The notes under the pieces were generated by a model. It did no database searches and was not told the origin of the DNA. It saw only the letters and a program-made list of their open reading frames with translations. DNA of 57,376 bases, filler included, from Bipalium vagum (Eukaryota), in NCBI GenBank assembly GCA_037834085.1. It is 3 parts of 3 records of this genome, joined end to end, with 100 filler letters (N's around TTAATTAATTAA, not from the genome) between each part and the next. Parts side by side here need not be neighbours in the genome. Positions count along the whole stretch, not along the records: positions 1 to 18,521 come from JBBMKC010026553.1; 2 more parts are not named here. One strand, given 5' to 3'. Below, piece by piece: positions 1 through 12,689 of the stretch; positions within the stretch are counted from its first letter, which is position 1, and every line of letters begins with the position of its first letter. A program made the position numbers and the translations under genes.

Positions 1-548
1 TTGCGTTTTTTATTATAAGAATGAAAGAAATTTGTTTTACCGAAAAGATTTTTATAACACTATTCTGCACAATAATTTGTTGCCATCTTTCAGGTAATGT
101 CATAATTCTACCTTCAAAGAAGTATTGATCTTTTTGTTAGACAAGGGTCTACACGTGGAACCGTCTGGTTAGCCTTGAAGGGAAAAATTACTTCCTCGAG
201 ATTTTTTGAAACCCTTTTGACATGTTCGTAGCTTTGTTATATCCCTGCCGTAAACTGCACATACCTTTTGATATGTGTTTGTCATTGTTTTCACTTTATT
301 TAGTATTATAATAAAAACCTTTATTTTGTTATTTATTAATGAATATGCTTATTTTCATAGTCCGTTTTGAAATGCTACCAAATATAAATATCCATTAATC
401 GATTTAAATAATTTTCAAATCTGAGATGCTTAATATTTAAATTTTTAAGTCATACATAAGTTATATATTTCTCTTTTGTTTAAGCGCATAAAAGTCAAGC
501 AAAATCGATCCATGATAAAAACCGCACCAACTTTCAGACAGCACAATA
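1..548 (-). mobile_element. Internally deleted mariner (N-terminal remnant joined to C-terminal remnant)
   Basis: Minus strand reads VCAVYGRDITKLRTCQKGFQK (mariner N-terminus), followed closely by QYFFEGRIMTLPERWQQIIVQN (mariner C-terminus). A TIR-like AAAAACCGCACCAACTTTCAGACAGCACAATA lies at ~517-548, and the window starts with the matching TTGCGTTTT. Confidence 0.75.
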
Positions 549-1229
549 TTTTCCATATTGATTATTTAAAAATATTAAAATTTATTTCACATATTTATCA
601 TAAATTATCAAATTCACAAAAAATAATATAAAAAATGCTCTTGCATAATACCCTAAGTATATATTATTATATATTTTAAAGTTTTCCCCAGTATTGAATT
701 GATATTTATTAAATAAATTACTTTAATTGGTTTTAGAATAAAATTGCTTCACTCAAATTTTGTCTGAAATGATTTCATTAAGTAAAACGAGATAAAATTG
801 ACATGAAATAAAAGGAAAATTTTAAAAGAAGAAACTAAATATAAAGATATTTAATTAACAACGGTTCTACTTTTAGATTTAATTATGAAATTGAATATTA
901 TATAAAATGACAGAAAGAATTATTAGGAAAGTAATATATACATTTTTTTTCAAAATAAAATGAATATATTTTTCGTGATAAGAAAATTTATCTCTTATTT
1001 TAGCCCATCAAATTACTAAACTGCAAAATGTTATTTTTAAAAATTAATAGTATCAAAATATTTTTAAAAAGTTGAAGTTTTATTCATATAAAACATAAAT
1101 CGCTAAGATATATTTAATAATGATAATTATTATTATTACTAGCTAGTTCAAAAATAAAGTCATTTGTTAACTATGAAAGTAACAATGTCATAACTTAACT
1201 AAAAATAAACATTATTAATAAACAGAAAA

Positions 1230-1640
1230 TCCATGAGATGCAATATATTTCTGCTAACGATTAACAAGTTTATTGATATCGGTTGAATAAAATTGTTTGC
1301 TTCTGGAGGACACGAACTCATCAAAGGCCGTTTTTGCCATCGGTTTGGTTCTTAAATAAGCTATTGAGAAGAAAGGCGTGAAGAAAGAAATGAAACAATG
1401 ACAATCTGTTGAAATCATATCTGGTGAGTATGGGAGATGAAGAAATCTTTCGTGCACCAAATCATAACATTTCTGAAATGTTATTTATGCTACATGTGGG
1501 CGTAAGTTGTCTTGCAAAATAATTGATCCTTTCTATAAATCAATGTCGGGTTGGAAAGTTTCAGATTTTCATTTATTTATTGGATACTCTGACAGTAAAT
1601 CTCTGTCGAAATAAATTATGCTTTCTAATCAATATGAAGC
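1230..1640 (-). mobile_element. Degenerate mariner transposase, C-terminal half
   Basis: IILQDNLRPH, HLPYSPDMISTD and FYSTDINKLVNR match mariner HDNARPH, HPPYSPDLAPSD and FYxxGIxKLVxRW. Confidence 0.85.
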
Positions 1641-4113
1641 ACTATGATCAAAAGATTAATAAATTTCTTATTTTCAAAAAAATTAAGATTTCTTCACTAA
1701 TATTTTTTTACACCAATATTAAGTCTAAAAATTAATAAATAATATTTATTATTGCCGAATGGAATCAGTAGTAAAATCCAAACTGTGTGTAAAGTCTCAT
1801 TATTATTAGTCTAAAGGAAAACTTAATTAATTTAAACAAAAAAATCTTATTAATATAACAGTCAGAAAACCTTTTTGACCAAAGATGTATTACAATTTCC
1901 AGTCTACGTCAGATCAAACGTAGATTCCTCCTTGTTCAGCAGGCTCAAATTATCGTCCTTAAAATTTATGTACAACATTGAATGTATTATTAAATTCTAT
2001 TCTATTGTTATTTTTAGTTAAACAAATAAATATTTTAATTCCTTTGTTGATTTTAGTGTAAATCAAAGTCAAATTTGTTCTTAATAGATGTTAAGGAATT
2101 GATAAAAAAAATTCAGAGAACTCATAATATTCAAATTAACAAATCAATGATATCAATTACCACGTTGAGAACAAATCGTACATTTCATATGAAAACAACT
2201 GGTGTTCGGTATTCCATATTAAAGGCGCTCCATGGTTTTGATTTTGTTATGTAATTTATGTTTATATATTAGGCCACTCACAAGGTTTTGTATGTTAAAA
2301 AATAAATAGAAAACTGTGTCATAACTGAACGAGGACTTTTAACTATTTGATTAAAAAATTCCAGAAGATTTTAATTAATTGAATGAAAAAAAAGTTTTTT
2401 TTTCTCTTCTAAATTAAAAAATACCATTAAAGATGATTTTGCAAATCATAGCTGAAAAGATCCTTTTTGTACAAAAATCTGTCATTATATTATTTTCTTA
2501 TTTAGAAGTACATGCTAAATTTTAATTAGAACGGTTGATATTTTTATCGATAATTAGATATTTTTAAGAACCAATCAAATCAATAGAAATTGTTTTAAAT
2601 GTTTTAACATCAAATTCGAGTGTTTTTTCAGTTCTTCACTGTGAATTATTTATAAAAAAAATTAAAATGTTTAATAATTTGGATTTTACCCTTAAAGAAT
2701 TAAATGAAGGATAACTTTTACAGAATATTCACAAATGTTTTGTTTAAATTTTTTTCTATTTTTATTAATTTTAAAATTATTTTTTTATTAATTTTTTTCA
2801 TTTATTTTTCTCCATTATATGAAAAGTATTAAAGTAGATTTTTCATAATTCTTTAATCTTTAAATTAAAATTAATTAAAGTATCTAATTATAATTTAAAG
2901 ATTTTCATTTTTTATTGAAATAAATGAGAATTTAATTTGAATTTAGGTAATCAGCAATGATTTTGTCAGAGCCATTCTAGTTTTAGAAATATAAATATTT
3001 TTATTTATATTAAAATATTATTAAGAATCACAAAAATAAAATTTATTTTGTTTAAATTATTATCGATTTTACAAGTGTTAAAACAATTAATCTACATATT
3101 TCATACACGGAACTATCATGTCATTAATAATAAAAAATATTTAAATTTCACAAACGATAATTTATTTATTTTATATTTATATTTATCAAAAAAAAGATTA
3201 ATTGTCAACATTTAGATTTACCAATAATAATTTAATATCATTATTTTTATGACAAACAATTATTTCTACTATTATTTCCATTTAAAGATTTCCCGTTCTC
3301 GTGTACAGTAAAATAAAATAATTAAATTTCATAAAAGATCCCTTGAAATGAAAAAGAGGAATTTTTGTAATTTATTTTTGACCAATTATAAAAAATCGTC
3401 ATAAAACAATGTTCAATAGCCAAAACTGAAACATATAATAAATTATTTTTGATTATGGGGGGCGAGCAAAATATTCTTTGAATTTGTAACTGCTCATTAT
3501 TGAGACTAATAATATTTTATACTAGCAATATTATTTTCCCTTTCCTCAGAAATCTTAATAATTGTCTGTTAATCATTGATAATTTGTGTTTGACTGACTG
3601 CTGATAAAAATACCAAAATCCATTGATGTTCACAAAAACGAAGATAATGATTATTATGTCCTCAAAAATATAAATGATTTTTTTTATCAAATTAATGATA
3701 ATCTGAATTCGTATCCATTGATATTTGATCAGAAATATAACCCAGTTGCTGATACAAAAATTGTTATTAAAATTTATTATTATAATTTTTTTTATTATTA
3801 TTATTATCATTATAAAATTAAAATTAGTAACGTTAATTTTCTGTCGATTTTTTTGAGGGTTAAAGGAATAAAATTGAAAAAAAAATCGTTTGCTCTTTGT
3901 TCTTATGAAAAATAATTTATAAAAATAAAAATGTAATAAATTTAAAAATAAAGTAAATATTTTTTTTTATAAAATTCATAAATAATATAAATAATTTTAC
4001 TTATAAAATTTATGAATAAAATAAGTAAATTTTTTTAAAGAATTTTTTGTGAAATAATTCATTTATTCTGAGCTTACATTATTGAATAGTTCACAATATT
4101 TGGTTTCTCAGAT

Positions 4114-5402
4114 TCAATGACATAATAAAATCTTGAATGTTGTATAATAATATAATCTGAGCAATATGATCCATTTAATGATGGGATTATCTAGTTCTCT
4201 GCTGGCGTATTGGTCTTGGAAACGTTTCGTCTTATCAGTATGATTTAGGTTCAAATTCATTGCATTTGGTATCTTCAAAGTCATTATAACGGTACAGGAG
4301 AAGTTCATATACCATGCCTATAAGTGAAAAATGTTGAATTTTATTAGTAAAGGTCTGTGCATAATTTCTTATTAAAGGCAAGTCTCTATCAATACCCACC
4401 ATGAACTGTATCTTATATTTCTCACTTGTTAACATAAGGCTCTTCATTTTTTAATGAAAATCAATCTTCCAACAGCTTCTGAGATATCTTGAAAATCGTC
4501 ACTGGATTGTACGTTTTTAATAATGAAAAACAAGTACATATATATTAATCAAAGTATTTTCATCATTTGGTTCTTCACCGAAATGCTGTTTTTGCGGTTC
4601 AAATTTTGAAATTTTAATTGAGTTAAACAAGATTTTTTTGTTACATTTTCACTTTTCTATTAGCAAAATATCTACAAGTAAAAAAATATAACAAGCTCTC
4701 TAGAATAAGAAACTAATTCGCACCTATTGTTGAAAGAAAATTTCTAATCTAGAAAAGGTTTTTTATATAGAAAAATGTATAAAAATTGGACAACATCAAA
4801 ATATTTAAAACATGCTATGACTATCTGAAGGAATTTTAAAGAATAAAAATCCACTATAGTTTTAGTAAACGGAAAGCATGAACGTTATTTTCAAATCCAT
4901 CCGTTTGAGGCCTGCTATCAAGTAGTTCGTTTGTTGATAACCATTGCCATCTTCTGTGTGGATTATTCATAAAAATCTACAATTCATACAAGTGAATATT
5001 CTTTGGAAAAACCGCTTGTCTAATGGGTTATCTAAGAAATTTTTTTACAAATTTGAAAGTGTTTATCAGCTTTCGAATCTGTCTGTCTATTTGAGGAGCT
5101 CTGTATTTTTTGTCTAAACATAGAAGATGCCGATGAATTTTAATTATTGAATGTCCTATTCTAGCTGAAAATTCAATAGTTTATTCAGTTGAACCTGTAT
5201 CTACACAATCCAATATAGAATCTTCTTTGATGACCACAGATTTCCATAAGCTTGCGCACCTTAGAGGCTGGTGTTTACCGAATTAAATTACGAAAAACAT
5301 CGTACCGTTTTTCTCTTACCTGGGCCTTCAACTTCTACTATAAACATCTGCCTTTTCTAATAATGTAGGAAAACTAGACAAATTTCATAATTTTTATCCA
5401 TT
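4114..5402 (-). pseudogene. Degenerate intronless coding-like sequence, possibly an F-box-type pseudogene
   Basis: About 1.3 kb of higher-GC sequence with long near-open stretches (FGKHQPLRCASLWKSVVIKEDSILDCV..., NPHRRWQWLSTNELLDSRPQTDGFENNVHAFRLLNYSG). The 5' part (LSSFPTLLEKADVYSR / LKAQVR) is weakly F-box-like. Confidence 0.3.
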
Positions 5403-5569
5403 TTAATTCATCGCTAAAATAATTATTAAAACAAATATTTATAAAGTTAATCTTAAAATTTTATTAACCGCGTTTTGTAAATTTTCATATAATAAATCAA
5501 TAGTTTATTAATTTGGTTTTAATGTGAATATTTAAAAAAGTCATTTTTCAGTGGACATCATAATATTTT

Positions 5570-5950
5570 TTTAGGACTACCTCATAGCTCTTAACATAAT
5601 AATTTCATAAAACTATTGTTTTCTGCTCATTCAACTATTACATCATTGAAGAATCAGCAACCTTATTGATGTTAGCTGTTTCTTCGTCATCTTTATCAGC
5701 TGGAATTTCATATAGGTTTCCTGATTCATCGAATTCTTCAATGTCATTGTAAATCTCATTAAGTCTAATAGCCCACTCCATTAAGTTATTTTATAAAATT
5801 TTGATCAAGCGGATGCAGTCAAGAAGTGTTGTATGGAGGAAAAAATAGAACTTTAAAGCTATCACTAGCAATAAAAATTTATGAAATACAAATTTTCTTA
5901 CATAAATGTTTCTTATCTAAAAAAGTTTCTTATAAAGAGCGCTTACTGTA
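5570..5950 (-). mobile_element. Tigger/pogo-like remnant
   Basis: TIR-like TACAGTAAGCGCTCTTTATAAG (reverse complement of ~5929-5950), followed by an acidic tail MEWAIRLNEIYNDIEEFDESGNLYEIPADKDDEET. Confidence 0.4.
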
Positions 5951-6052
5951 TTTCTAAATTTAAAAATAAATCTTAAGTTAAAATCAATAATAAGTTAAAT
6001 CAATAATTAATTGACATAAAAACGAATTGAATTAATTCATAGACATAATATA

Positions 6053-6329
6053 TTATGCTTTTACTAAAACTGCCTTAAACTTATTACACATTGGCTTTAT
6101 CTTCTTCTGATTCAATACTTTATCTTCAATTTTTCTCATTAAAGCTGAATTAAAATAAAATTTCTAATTTCTAAATGAAAATTTTTAAAATTACCATTGT
6201 AATAAGGAGTTCCCATGACCAAAGAGTTTCTATAACTGCCAACTGCACATTTATGACCATATGCCATAAATAGTCTTTGATTACCATAAATTTTAACGGT
6301 AAATTATTCTGTTTTCTTTTATATATTTA
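6053..6329 (-). other. Two putative host exons (6329-6195, 6144-6053) around a 50-nt GT-AG intron
   Basis: Intron gtaatt...ttttaattcag. The spliced frame reads FTVKIYGNQRLFMAYGHKCAVGSYRNSLVMGTPYYN|ALMRKIEDKVLNQKKIKPMCNKFKAVLVKA*, with two TAA codons upstream in the same exon. Confidence 0.35.
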
Positions 6330-6479
6330 CTATTGAAATATGTTGATTATATAAAAAATAATTAAGAAATGTCGAAGTAAAGAGATCTCAAAACTGAATT
6401 CTCTTTTGAAGACTTAACATCTTTTTAATAATTTTAATCAAATTTTAAAATAAACAACCAAAAAGACATTAATTTTTAT

Positions 6480-7263
6480 ATCTCCGTCTGCAAATGATAA
6501 AAGTTGACTATTTCTCCCCTTAAACACTTAGGCGAGAAATTATGTGGTGTAAGCAAATTGACAGTGACGATCCGATCACTCCAGATTCAAGTGACCATCC
6601 TTGAAGTGTTCAACAGAGAGTCTTTGAACGATTCTTCCGAGATTTGTTCCCCACTAACTGCTGAAGATTAATCTAATTACATGAATGATTGGAGATATGA
6701 GAATGTGAGAATACCATTTATTACACATTACAAAAACACTCTAATAATTATTTCATTGACAACCATATTTCTCTGCTCCTTATTATTTATTATTAAATTC
6801 CGTCTGTTATAACTTTTCCACGAAATGGGAATTAAAAGCCAACAATTTCTTGAAAATTGCTTCAAGTCCTGAAATCTCGAAAAATTAGAGTCGAGTGCTT
6901 TCGATTACATTACACAAAATGTGATTAATTAAATTTTGTAAAAATTGGTAAATTGATTTATAAATCATAATAAATTACCCCAGGTCTGAAGTAAGTCTCA
7001 CAAAATTTGAGAATTAGCGTAACATAATTTTCAAAATATGTTTTGATTAAATGTTCCTTAGTTCGTCACCCTTCGGAGTGATATATTGACGATGTTACGA
7101 TGGCGGAACATGTGAAATCGATTATAATTCTATTTTTAAATAAGAAAAGGAGTGTAATAATATTATTGTTACTTTTACTATTTATATTTATCATTTATTG
7201 CTAAATTTATTTAATAAAGAGTCATCAATAAGTAAAGCCTGTATATTTCTTCTGTACATAACA
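6480..7263 (+). mobile_element. Probable 3' end of an LTR retrotransposon (BEL/Pao-like) with an env-like remnant and LTR
   Basis: Stop-interrupted frame LCGVSKLTVTIRSLQIQVTILEVF...DWRYENVRIPFITHYKN followed by TM segment TLIIISLTTIFLCSLLFII and KFR. A purine-rich GATGGCGGAACA (7099-7110) abuts a TGT...AATAAA...ACA segment (7111-7263). Confidence 0.4.
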
Positions 7264-7322
7264 TAAATGTGTTTGAATTTTTGAAGTTATATTATTTTAT
7301 AAGAAATATGGACAAATACAAT

Positions 7323-7975
7323 TATAGAGAGTGACTTTTTAATAGCTTTACAAATTAATGTACGAATAGCAAAAAATAGTTTGATGTAATTTAAATTTTG
7401 TATTTGAAAACAAAACCAAATATAAAACATTTATCTAGTTTCAAAATGTTCACCATTGGCTTTATAGTAAGTGCACAGGAACAAATAAACAAACTTTTCA
7501 GTTAAATCCGATGATATATTAGTAAATAATTCACTAATTCTGTTCTTCAAATCTTCTAATAACTGAATTTGCTGAACATAAACTAATTCTTTTATATGAC
7601 CCCAGACGAAAAGATCCATGGGGGTCAGATCAGGCGACATTCGTGGCCAATCAATAATTCCTCTTCTGTCAATCTCCTTTTCAGGGGCTGCCATAACTAT
7701 TGTCGAACTTCTTGTCCAATGTGCAGAAGCACCATCTTGCAAAAAGAACATGTGTTTGTGTGATGGTAACTGATAATAAGCCGGTAAAAAATAATCATTT
7801 AATGTGTTCAAATAATTTGTGCCTGTCACATTTTCTGTAAAGAAAAAAGGTCCAATGAAGCCACCAGTATAAACAGAAGCCCAGACTATGATGTCCGATG
7901 AGTTAACAGTTTCATTTGTCAAGTGAGGGTCTTCTTCCCACCAGGGTGTCGCAAAAGTCATCAGCAATTTGAATA
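7323..7975 (-). mobile_element. Tc1/mariner superfamily, rosa/maT-like transposase catalytic region
   Basis: ORF 7431-7967 contains IIVWAS..GFIGPFFF..NVTGTNYL, FLQDGASAH and WPRMSPDLTPMDLFVWGHIKELVY. Confidence 0.9.
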
Positions 7976-7994
7976 TTATATAATTCTATTAATT

Positions 7995-8283
7995 GTTTTT
8001 ATGACGGTATCTAAAGAATAATGTTAATATACACCAGCCAAAATATTTACAGCAATTGGAAACAATAATTATAAATGAATTTTCGAAAATATCCATTACT
8101 GTGTCAAAATACTTTTATTGATCGCCTTGTCAAATGTATTGAGCTTTATGACAAACAATTTGATTAAATAAAGCTTAGAATAGTTTACTAGTCCTTCATA
8201 AAAAATATATGTGATGATATTATTTTCTAAATTATGAAATTTTTATCATTTATATTGCGAATGACTATTGTGACACCTATATA
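7995..8283 (+). mobile_element. 3' end of a second rosa/maT-like element
   Basis: YLKNNVNIHQPKYLQQLETIIINEFSKIS, ending in a TIR-like GTGACACCTATATA. Confidence 0.55.
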
Positions 8284-8572
8284 AAAGAAGTATCATTCAA
8301 ATGTCCACCACGACTTTTTCTGCAGATGACAACTCGAGAATCAAAAGTGTCTATTTGTATTACAAAAAACAAAGACACATTTTCGAAGAAATTAATGAAG
8401 GTCTTCACAATTTACTTCAAATGATTTTCAGAAATAATTTTAAAGATATTTGATAAATTTTTTTTCTTTTGTTTAATCTTAATTCATTGTTTGTGTGCAT
8501 CCATTATGGCATAATATATTCATCGTCAAAAGTCTTAGGCACCTAAAATTTATTAATCAACAATCAACATTT

Positions 8573-9030
8573 TCACAAGAATTGCTTATAACATAAGGGA
8601 CCTCCTTTATTGGATGCGTATTCATTGATCCTTTTCGGTATCAATTTAATTAAACACGAACATTCCTCGTGAGTTAGTTCAATCAATTGTTCATTGAGAC
8701 GCTGACGAAGGTAAAGTAGGGTTCCTGATGAATAATCATATGTTGAAGACACTCGCCTGGGAAGGATGTCCCACACATGTTCTATTGGGTTCACATTTAG
8801 AGATCTGGGCGGTCATGGAAGCATTACAATACCGGCTTTTTCCAGAGCGATTTTCGAGATAATTTGGCTTTGCATTATCGTGTATAAACATCAGGCCTGG
8901 TTTTTCGTGCAACAGGGAAAAAACATTAACATATAAAATCTCTTCAACGTATCGCTGATCATTCAAAATGTCATCAATATAAATCAGTCTAGATCAAAAA
9001 CCATAACCGATAGTGCCTCATACCATAACA
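8573..9030 (-). mobile_element. Degenerate Tc1 (DD34E-type) transposase
   Basis: Across frameshifts: GTIGYG..SRLIYID, LNDQRYVEEIL, FIHDNAKP, NPIEHVWDIL and KRINEYASNKGGPLCY. Confidence 0.9.
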
Positions 9031-9869
9031 AAAAGTTATTTATTAAGTTTCATAATAAAATAATATTTCTAAATAAACACTGAAATTATTAATTGTGTAT
9101 TTTTTGCGGTATATTAAAATTTTAAAAATTTGTGAAAAAAATAAATATTGATAATAATTGATGAATATAATAAATCGAATATTTGATCAGAGATCACAAA
9201 ATATTCAATATTTTATGAAACAAATCATATAGTAATTGTTCTTACTTTTTAATTCCTGTACATTACTTTCATAATTTATTTTTAATTAGTTAATGGATTA
9301 TTAATAATCGGAATCCTCTATATTTTCTAAAAAAATTATTCGTCTTTATAAATATACTTAAAAATGGACAAAATTAAATTCGCATTGCAAAACAATTCAT
9401 TTTATCAAGTGGAATTAGCGTAATTAATGACATTTTCTTATAATATTAAATGTTATTTTCGATAGAGTATGATACTTATTAGTGGTTATTTATTTTTTAA
9501 CATAAAAATCAATCTTTTATCGAAATATTTATCAGATTATTTTTATTTCACATTGTTTATAAACGTATTTTGTGAATATCATGGTACATTCAAAATCTCA
9601 AATTCCTTAACATAAGGGAATTATTGTCACAAGTCTTCATTATAGTTTCCGTATTTCCAAAATTTTCTCTTATCCGCTCTTTTATTTATATTATTAATAA
9701 ATGTATTATTACACAATAAACTAATTTTAAGTGTATTATTTTTGATTATTACAAGGTTATCAAGGTTATATATATATTCAAAATATATATTCAAAGATAT
9801 ATAGAAAAGTATTCAGAAATATATATAATTGAAATGTACACTAAATACTAAAGTAAATTCTTCTCTCCA

Positions 9870-10330
9870 AGGCTTTTTCTATAAACTGCCTCATGTTGCG
9901 TAAATAATCACTTAAATCAATGAAGGAGTACTTTGATAATCAAATCTTATAAATCGTCCCGATCTATAAATGGTTCTCATAAAGGATGATATTTGTGACT
10001 TGTAGTTTAGGCGAGTCTGTAATAATAGCAATAAGTTTAGGCAGAAATCTGTAAGCAATACCTGTCAGCAACTTAATAATATCTTTGTGGTGATGGAATC
10101 TGCAATTGTCCATCACCAATACATCCCCAGGATTTCGATCAAAATGATTGCATAGCTCTTCACTAATAAAGTCCATAAAACTGTCCCCATCGAAAGATTC
10201 ATCTCTGATTTCGAAGTAGAATATGGCTGTAAATTTGATTTAATAAAAAAAACAGATGACAAAACAATGAAACCTGTCATTTTAATATCAACCATGCAGC
10301 TGATATTTTTGGCTGACTAAAATGTGATCA
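9870..10330 (-). mobile_element. IS630-like (DDE_3) transposase remnant
   Basis: FDGDSFMDFISEEL, DVLVMDNCRFHH, YRFLP and C-terminal IDLSDYLRNMRQFIEKAL. The PYSPxLNPIE motif is missing. Confidence 0.75.
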
Positions 10331-10752
10331 ATTTCAAATAGAAACAGTCGAATATTTTTTCTATATATTTTTGAATAAGCACGTAATTCCAAAAATAATA
10401 TTTAAATGCATTTTGCTTATATGTAGTAATAAAATGTTTTTTTCTCATTTTTTAATTTTAAGACTCGATGAATCGATCGAAAGTTAACACTATAATTTAA
10501 GTTTCAATCTGATTTTTTCTCTTCTAGTTGGTGTAACAAAATAAATAATCAGTTCAAATGACAAAAATTTGTTATCGCTATTTCATTTTCACAATCAAAT
10601 ATTTGCAATTGTAATGGCAACACAAAGCAAATGAGAATAATAATCAATTGTTAATAAAGTTTATCAAAACTAAAACAAATCGAATAGAATGTTAACTAAT
10701 TAATGATATTCTGTAAATCACAAAACAAGAGAGAGAGAAAATAAACACTTAC

Positions 10753-12389
10753 CAGCTCTTAAGATTCATTCAATTCATTTCGATCGTTTAAAGCCGACTA
10801 AACTCCACGGAGTCGGTTGATTGTTCTGAGCTGGAAAAATAAATATAATTCTTACTGAATAGGTAACGGGCAAATGAGTGTCTTCTTGACAACAGGATAA
10901 ATAAGATAAACAATACCCTTTTCAAGATCTTCAAAACGATAAAATCAATATTATCACAAAAATAATATCTTTTTTAATGTCTTCGACCAAATGTATGTCA
11001 TTGACTGACGTCTCTTATAGAAAATCTTTCCCAAAACACAATTAAAATTTACTGAGTGGCAGTCTATTACCCAATATAACCATAACTGAGGAAATCTAAG
11101 GTATCAATAAAATAATATTAACTGATTATTATTATCATGATCTTCGATAACATTTAGACAAATCAGATTTCTTAAATTGACCAGTTGCACTAATAACATT
11201 GTTTTAATAATTGGAAATTTCCATGGATGCTAAAGATTATTATTGAATTTTTTTTTAATGATTTTTAAGTTTTCATATTTTATTTCCATATCATTTTTTA
11301 ATATGTAATTCAAACACACTAAGTTGGTGAATCGATTTTTTTGAAGGACTTTCGAGTCTAAGAGCGAGAGGATTTTCTTTTTTTAATTAACCGAATAATC
11401 AATTGGAGAATTTTCTTAATAATGTGATAATTGTAATCATTCTAGAGAGCTTGCAACTTTTAACAAATTCCCACTATTTTAATGCACAAATATATTTTAT
11501 TTTGTTTTCTTATTTATTTTATATTTTATTATGAAAAACCTTCACATGTTAAGATCGTTGTTTTTGTTGATTTGTCGAACCTTGGAAATACTTTTCGCAC
11601 TGTTCTAACATTCAATTTCTCAAATAATTATGATTTTCTCTATTTTAAAATCAAAATTGAGAACCTAAACTTAAAGCTTTGATGTGTCCATCTTTTGGTT
11701 CAAAGCTTACATCTTAGACCTACTTTGGTTACTGGAGAACCATTCTGTTGAAGTGAATTTGGCTTATACATAAGTGTAGATATTCGACTTCTGTTTGAAA
11801 ATGCAGAAAATTCAAAGCGTAGGAGTAATAATTATAAAAAGAAAAAATTGAAGAGTTCTACGACGTTGAAAATAGATACATATATAACGCGTATTTTTTC
11901 CAAGAGATTCTTATCATAATACTAATGAGAATAAATTCGATTTTCTTTTGTCAAAAAAATTTCCAAATTCTAAAAATAATAATAATAATATTACTATTAT
12001 TATTAAATGTTCGATTTCACAAATGGAAACGATGGCTTAATTAAAATCCAAAATAAAGAAATGGATATTGTGATAACATTCCATGTTATTTTTATAATTT
12101 AACGCATATTTTACAAGGAGAGTGGATTGTGGATTTTCGATTTTCTGTCTGAACCTTTGATTTTATCAATGACAATGTTCGTAATTTATAATCATTTGAG
12201 ACACATTTTTGTCTTTTAATAAAAACAAAACGTAAATTAAATATTTTTGGCATGAAATAAATACTGAGGCATGAAAATTTTAAATCAATCTTTTCACATA
12301 ATACCAGTGATACACTTTACCTCAGAATTCGGCCGAGATTATAAAGATACTTGAAGTTTTAATTTTTTAATATTTTTTCTCATTTGATA
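10753..12389 (-). other. Putative spliced exons 12389-12321, 11790-11711 and 10830-10753
   Basis: Strong splice sites (acceptors tttaatcag, ttttcaaacag, tttttccag; donors gtaaag, gtaagc, gtaagt). The last two exons join in phase as SRISTLMYKPNSLQQNGSPVTKVGLR|SQNNQPTPWSLVGFKRSK*. Confidence 0.35.
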
Positions 12390-12689
12390 CTGATTAAATG
12401 AATAATAATAATAATAATATAAAGTTTAAAAAAACAGTATTTTTTTAGAATATTTTGTTTTAATGAATGATTAATATTATTTAAAATGAATTAAATAGTT
12501 AAATATGAAAAAATTTTCCTTCAGATTTTTTGATTAACAGATTCATTTCAAATCATTAATCAATCCCGCTAGTTCTGACTCGTTCGATATTTTTGTTTAG
12601 GTTCAGTAATAACTTTATGGAAATTAAAACACTCCAAGACAATAAATTTCATTATAGATTTACACAATAAATGTTAATAATGATCTCAA

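Noticed and set aside
3517-3915. I/K/N/F/Y-rich ORFs here and at 1523, 11482, 33361, 35641 and 40486
   Set aside because: These are low-complexity products of AT-rich DNA with no recognisable motifs.
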